37,335 nt of DNA. Origin: a virus. Its lineage: Duplodnaviria; Caudoviricetes. How positions within the stretch are numbered: position 1 is the first letter of the stretch; each line of letters begins with the position of its first letter. Where the stretch lies: positions 1 through 37,335 of IMG/VR virus record IMGVR_UViG_3300032253_000014, one strand, 5' to 3'. Shown piece after piece: positions 33,426-37,335 of the stretch. Under the pieces are notes generated by a model. That model had not been told where the DNA came from. It worked only from the letters and a program-made list of their open reading frames with translations, and did no database searches. Position numbers and translations under genes: made by a program.

Positions 33426-34893
33426 CTGCGTTATCTCCTAAAATTAACTTTAACACCTCCATTAATATTGGTACTACATTTACCTCTTCACGCCCGTTGA
33501 GCAGCCCAACGATCATCGTAAGCTCGTTGATCTTCGCATCTTTGTTGATCGACTTGCCAAAATCCACTTTTACGTCATACTTAATCGGCGGGCGTTCGCC
33601 CTTTTTGCCAAACGGGTTAGATCCGAACAGTCTGATTATCACTTCGTCCGGTGCGTTGACATATATGTTATGCACAAAAGATTTAGCCCAGGGATCAAAC
33701 AGCGTGTCATTGATCGTAGTTGCCATGCGGTTAAGGCGTGAGGATGAATTGGCATTGATGATCGCCATTGCAGAAGCACCGCGTCTGTCAGAGGAAGAGG
33801 TTTGCCCTCTTTGAATACCATTGATCGCCGTAGCATCATCGATATCCTTAGAGAGCAGCGCAACGTCTTTTTCAATATCAAAACTCTGCTGCGGAGGCAT
33901 ACGCTTCACCTTGTCAGGATCACCGACATTCACAACGCCCTTGATCTTCCCTGCATCTTCTGCTGAGATATCTGCATCATCTCCTACCATCGTATAGGGA
34001 TCGAGTATTCCTTCGTGCAGATCATTGATCTGATTGCGTTTCATATTCAGTTCTGCTACCAACGGCTCTAGTACCTCTATGATACTTTCACCGACTGCAG
34101 CACATTGCAGCTCTTGATCTCTTGGCTCGATACGAGGAAGTGCGTATTTTAAAAATCCGTGTTTGATCGGTGAACGCTTAAACTTCTTTTCGCGTGCAAG
34201 CTTGTTCTTGATAAAGGTACGGCAGGTATATGTTCCGTCAGGATTGAGTGAATAGATCTCTTTGATGTGGTGGCGTTTGTATTTGTCTTTGCCGTCATAG
34301 TTAGATCCGAGTAAATTGCTGAGATCTTTTTCATGAAGGTTGCTGTAAAACCCGCTCTTTACTTTAGAGAGGATATCTTGTGAAGTCTGTTTGAGATCGT
34401 AGCAGTCATACTGTATCTCTTCGTGTGTAAGCGCATCTATATCAAAGGCCACATTCGTAGGCGGGATATAACGTGTAACAGGCATCTCTACCTGGTCCGA
34501 CCAATAATCGATAACTGATCCCAGGCCGTAACGCGTAGCAGAACTAAATGACATAGCCAAAGCATTGTAAGGCTTCGACTCGCTATAGTAATGCTCTGTC
34601 AGCACATTCAAGCAGCGTGTCTTCTCATCATCATCATCTCTTTGCTTCTCGATCTCGATCGGATTTCCGGACGCAAAAAATGCGTCACCGAAAATCGCCT
34701 CTAAGATATCAACTGTATTTTTGACTACAGGGATAAACAGATGCGATCGCTCTGCTTCCTTCGCTGCTTCCAGGTACTCAGCCGTATGCTTAGAGTTATA
34801 GAGTCTTTCGTACTTTCGCCACTTTGGATAATAGTTTTTTTCCAAAAGAGAAAAAGCTGCTTCCGATAATGTAAGATCTCTGTGTTTTTTCAT
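33214..34893 (-). CDS. Portal protein (P22/SU10-like)
   Basis: 559 aa, first gene of the head module; RSHLFIP, GESIIEVLEPLVAELNMKRNQIND and DATAIN..QRG motifs. Start revised to MKKHR. Confidence 0.85.
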   Translation of the reverse strand: MKKHRDLTLSEAAFSLLEKNYYPKWRKYERLYNSKHTAEYLEAAKEAERSHLFIPVVKNTVDILEAIFGDAFFASGNPIEIEKQRDDDDEKTRCLNVLTEHYYSESKPYNALAMSFSSATRYGLGSVIDYWSDQVEMPVTRYIPPTNVAFDIDALTHEEIQYDCYDLKQTSQDILSKVKSGFYSNLHEKDLSNLLGSNYDGKDKYKRHHIKEIYSLNPDGTYTCRTFIKNKLAREKKFKRSPIKHGFLKYALPRIEPRDQELQCAAVGESIIEVLEPLVAELNMKRNQINDLHEGILDPYTMVGDDADISAEDAGKIKGVVNVGDPDKVKRMPPQQSFDIEKDVALLSKDIDDATAINGIQRGQTSSSDRRGASAMAIINANSSSRLNRMATTINDTLFDPWAKSFVHNIYVNAPDEVIIRLFGSNPFGKKGERPPIKYDVKVDFGKSINKDAKINELTMIVGLLNGREEVNVVPILMEVLKLILGDNADVEKLFRGIMGSDGAGGPAENAAGEEDGVVGDGGESVGVGPGEGLIDLGEGAGDQSINELDLEAAATNSI

Positions 34894-34899
34894 GGTAGT

Positions 34900-34951
34900 A
34901 GAATATCTATACAAAGGCTGTATTGTGTAGGCTATTAGTGAAAACGCTAAA
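34900..34951 (-). promoter_or_regulatory. Putative late promoter of portal
   Basis: TAGCGT-TTT-CACTAA, 29 nt, TATTCT, 6 nt, then ATG. Confidence 0.65.
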
Positions 34952-34954
34952 GGA

Positions 34955-35069
34955 ATTTGTTTGTACCCGTCCGGCACTTGGTAGCTGCTAGACGGGGATA
35001 TATTCTAAAGGAGAATTAGAACAAAGTGAAGTGTGTTAAGTTGTAGCTCATCTCGCATAAAATGAGAAC
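34955..35069 (-). ncRNA. Candidate small RNA (three hairpins)
   Basis: Downstream of the promoter at 35076-35126; stems 35047-35066, 35003-35021 (UUCUCCU loop) and 34966-34996 (CUACCAA loop). Confidence 0.4.
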
Positions 35070-35075
35070 AGGTGA

Positions 35076-35126
35076 ATTTTAGCCTAAGCCAAAAGAGATC
35101 TTCACCGTATTAGTGAAAACGCTAAA
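35076..35126 (-). promoter_or_regulatory. Putative late promoter (second copy of a 19-bp direct repeat)
   Basis: tattagtgaaaacgctaaa is identical at 34933 and 35108; TAAAAT lies 28 nt downstream. Confidence 0.65.
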
Positions 35127-35169
35127 ATATTTGTAGCTATGATCCTACCATCTATGGGAACAACTGAGT

Positions 35170-35392
35170 GTTTAATAGGTTATATATAAGGTTAATAAGA
35201 GTTAGAGCCTGTGAATAAGTGCCGTTTTCTTCGCTGTGCAGGTCGATACAGCATTTTTATTCTCATCAAATGAGTGAGTATTCTCATCAAACGAGTGAGT
35301 ATTCTCAGCAGATGAGTGAGTATTCTCATCAAATGAGTGAGTATTCTTTGTATTCTCATCAAATGAGTGAGTATTTTTCATCAAATGAGTGA
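35170..35392. other. Iteron-type plasmid replication origin
   Basis: AT-rich GTTA repeats at 35170-35205, DnaA box TTATTCACA (minus, 35210-35218), iterons, adjacent rep gene. Confidence 0.85.
35258..35392. repeat. Six 21-bp iterons TATTCTCATCAAATGAGTGAG
   Basis: Units start at 35258, 35279, 35300, 35321, 35351 and 35372 (degenerate), with a 9-bp insert at 35342. Confidence 0.92.
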
Positions 35393-36139
35393 CTACTTCT
35401 TCACATCAAGTATTTTAAATGTGAAGAGCTTATCTTTCTTGTGCGTTTCATATTCAAATGCGATCAGAGCATTGACTTTAGGTGCTATGCGTTTTATAGT
35501 TTGTGCTATATTTGAAAATGCGGATTCTTTCATATTGAACAAAACCTTTGCCCGATCATACGACATACTAAATTCCGGGTTGGTACTCTTCTGCCGATCT
35601 AAGATCTCATACAGTCGTTTAGCGTGCCTGCTCTTAAGAGAGGAAACCGTTTGTATCTCGATATTGGTATAGTTCCCGACCTTTGCATTGAACTGCCGCG
35701 TAGATACCTGCAAAAACCATTCGTTGTATTGGATCTCAAAGCCCTGCTCCCTGCCGTCGATTAATGATCCTTCCTCTAGCCAGGTGACATTATCTATAAT
35801 AGCAACGGTTTTAGCCTTTACCCGCTTGCCGTCTATATCAGTAAAGTTTCTGATCGTTGCAGAAGTATCGCGGATCTTCTTAAGTGACTCATAAATCTTT
35901 TGATTTGCATTAACGCCAAACTTCCCAAGCTCTTTCAAGCGTGAAGCAGGGATGATAACTTTTCGCTCTGTGATCTTCTCATAGTTGAACAGGGTGACTT
36001 TCTGCCCGTCTAGTCTGTGTTCATTCTGCATGATGTGCAGCAGAGCATTGAGCAGATCATGATCCACCTCGCTAAATGCTTTTTGAAACTCTGCCAGGAT
36101 CAGGGGATTTTGTTTCATTACTATCGGTGCTTTAATCAT
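35393..36139 (-). CDS. Plasmid replication initiator, Rep_3 family
   Basis: KQNPLILA...FSEVDHDLL N-terminus, NYTNIEI...LKSRHAKRLYEIL signature; abuts the iterons. Start is 36139 or 36145. Confidence 0.85.
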   Translation of the reverse strand: MIKAPIVMKQNPLILAEFQKAFSEVDHDLLNALLHIMQNEHRLDGQKVTLFNYEKITERKVIIPASRLKELGKFGVNANQKIYESLKKIRDTSATIRNFTDIDGKRVKAKTVAIIDNVTWLEEGSLIDGREQGFEIQYNEWFLQVSTRQFNAKVGNYTNIEIQTVSSLKSRHAKRLYEILDRQKSTNPEFSMSYDRAKVLFNMKESAFSNIAQTIKRIAPKVNALIAFEYETHKKDKLFTFKILDVKK

Positions 36140-36146
36140 ACACATA

Positions 36147-36788
36147 TTATACCACCTCAAACTCATAAACAAATACATACGGGTTACTGTTCCAGTCGTA
36201 TGGTGCTTTGTATGGTAGGTTGTTCCAAATTTCTTTTTCAAAACAATCAACAGCGTTTAAATATCCTGTATTTCCATCTGTTGTATAAGCAAAGTTTTGG
36301 GTAGGCATTGGTGGATATTCTCCGCCTCTACTTCCCCAACCCATAACTTCTTTTTTATAGATTCCCTCTTTAATACAATCCTCTTCCGATATATCCTGTA
36401 AGCGTTCTACTTTTATGTTGGTGATTTTCAGGAAGATACGGGCTTCTTTTTCTGTCATTTTAGAAGATGGCGACCAGTATGCACAAAAACCAGACCACCC
36501 GCTTTCATAATCTGCTCTATATACAACTTCATTCACCTCTTCGTTTAAACAAAACTCTTCCTGAACAAATACTGTTTCACCTACTTTGTATTTTGGCTTT
36601 ATAAAAATGGTTTCATCTGCATCGTAATCATCAAATCTTGCCTCAATGACACTATAATTATCGTCTAGTGCTGTTCCAAAACTATCTATGTTAAAATATT
36701 TTGGTAGTTTTATCGGTCTACGTGTCATAGTCTTGCTGCCGTTTAATATAGCTTCTATGCCTTGTTGGTTGAATTTAATTGAGTTCAT
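36147..36788 (-). CDS. ASCH/PUA-like domain protein (copy 2, complete)
   Basis: AILNGSKTMTRR, YKVGETVFVQE, RIFLKITNIKVERLQDISEED..KEG and NPYVFVYEF motifs. Start revised to 36788. Confidence 0.85.
   Translation of the reverse strand: MNSIKFNQQGIEAILNGSKTMTRRPIKLPKYFNIDSFGTALDDNYSVIEARFDDYDADETIFIKPKYKVGETVFVQEEFCLNEEVNEVVYRADYESGWSGFCAYWSPSSKMTEKEARIFLKITNIKVERLQDISEEDCIKEGIYKKEVMGWGSRGGEYPPMPTQNFAYTTDGNTGYLNAVDCFEKEIWNNLPYKAPYDWNSNPYVFVYEFEVV
36598..36788. repeat. Direct repeat of 1-191
   Basis: First 100 nt exact; mismatches at 101, 139, 144 and 150. Confidence 0.97.
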
Positions 36789-36798
36789 ATTGATCCTT

Positions 36799-36990
36799 TC
36801 ACGAAGCCACATCAACATGATGCGCCTCAAACAGTTCATCGATCTTCAATCGATCATATTTGACCATACCGCCGAACTTGGTGTATGGCAACTCACCTTT
36901 TGAGCGTTTGTTCGATTGCGTTCCAACACACATTCCGAACTCTTCCTCAAACTCTTTTGGGCTTATCCATCGTTTAAGAGGCGGCAGCAT
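36799..36990 (-). CDS. Excisionase/AlpA-like winged HTH protein
   Basis: WISPKEFEEEFGM...LPYTKFGGMVKYDRLKIDELF. Start revised to MLPP. Confidence 0.75.
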   Translation of the reverse strand: MLPPLKRWISPKEFEEEFGMCVGTQSNKRSKGELPYTKFGGMVKYDRLKIDELFEAHHVDVAS

Positions 36991-37324
36991 AATCAACACC
37001 TTCAACGCAGCCGCAATCTGTTTCAGCCAGACCGCACACGCTGCAGACCTTTGATCCGAAGACGAATGCACTTCTGTTAAGTGATCGCATCGGCAAAAAG
37101 CTGCCTTCCACGAATGTTGGATACTTCTGTTTTCCATACGATTTTTTTACCTTTATCCTATCATCGATCATCTCGCCGATAAGCATCACAAATGGCTTGC
37201 CTTCATCTTTTGCAATATCAAGCAGGCCGTCAAGCGTTTTCTGCTTTATCCCTACGATAACAACGGCATCATTTTTCTCAAACTTCTCATCTAAAATAGT
37301 GTGTAGATAGTCAATCTGCTTCAT
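36974..37324 (-). CDS. Hypothetical protein with Cys-rich C-terminus
   Basis: 116 aa, CSVC...CGC motif. Confidence 0.6.
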   Translation of the reverse strand: MKQIDYLHTILDEKFEKNDAVVIVGIKQKTLDGLLDIAKDEGKPFVMLIGEMIDDRIKVKKSYGKQKYPTFVEGSFLPMRSLNRSAFVFGSKVCSVCGLAETDCGCVEGVDYAAAS

Positions 37325-37335
37325 CAGATATTTCC

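Larger units (their letters stand above)
1..37335. mobile_element. Temperate podovirus-like phage-plasmid, near-complete genome
   Basis: Terminase, portal, capsid, tail fibre and lysis genes co-occur with a Rep_3 initiator, iterons and a ParA/RHH pair. No host housekeeping genes are present. Positions 1-191 repeat 36598-36788. Confidence 0.9.

Noticed and set aside
34055-34063. GCTACCAAC as a fourth copy of the hairpin-loop motif
   Set aside because: Opposite orientation, inside portal coding sequence, and no flanking stem.
15637-34334. Numerous 60-220 aa antisense and alternative-frame ORFs within structural genes
   Set aside because: Shadow ORFs lacking RBSs and protein-like composition. 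Only 20762-21172 and 33210-33425 have RBS plus linker evidence.
35202-35384. 60-aa ORF with THSFDEN repeats
   Set aside because: It is a translation of the 21-bp iterons and has no RBS.
35258-35392. Palindromic repeats as a mini CRISPR array
   Set aside because: The units are contiguous with no unique spacers and no cas genes are present; the context fits iterons.

Overview
This window looks like an essentially complete (~36.6 kb, apparently circularisable) temperate podovirus-like phage-plasmid. The host is probably a Campylobacterota bacterium, inferred from the SSB sequence and promoter style. The left arm (minus strand) carries terminase large subunit, small accessory genes, SSB, a P4-type primase-helicase and a Cro-like HTH gene, divergent from a CI-like repressor. 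The centre holds a type Ib partition pair (ParA plus a small RHH protein), a plus-strand cluster of small early genes and a minimal tyrosine recombinase. The right arm (minus strand) has a Rep_3-type plasmid initiator with six 21-bp iterons, a DnaA box and an AT-rich element. Downstream of these lie portal, scaffold, major capsid, adaptor, tail fibre and chaperone, holin and M15 endolysin, ejection proteins and a 2771-aa polyvalent protein (SF2 helicase plus adenine methyltransferase). Signals not explained by the ORF list include: five 4x11-bp GATATC-phased centromere-like arrays, two of them inside the giant ORF; a 41-aa peptide that copies a motif of the giant protein; two nested out-of-frame genes with their own RBS; a four-copy promoter motif at a fixed distance from -10 boxes; three hairpins sharing a TTGGTAG loop; and a candidate anti-Shine-Dalgarno sRNA. 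All family assignments come from motif recognition by eye; no database searches were run.
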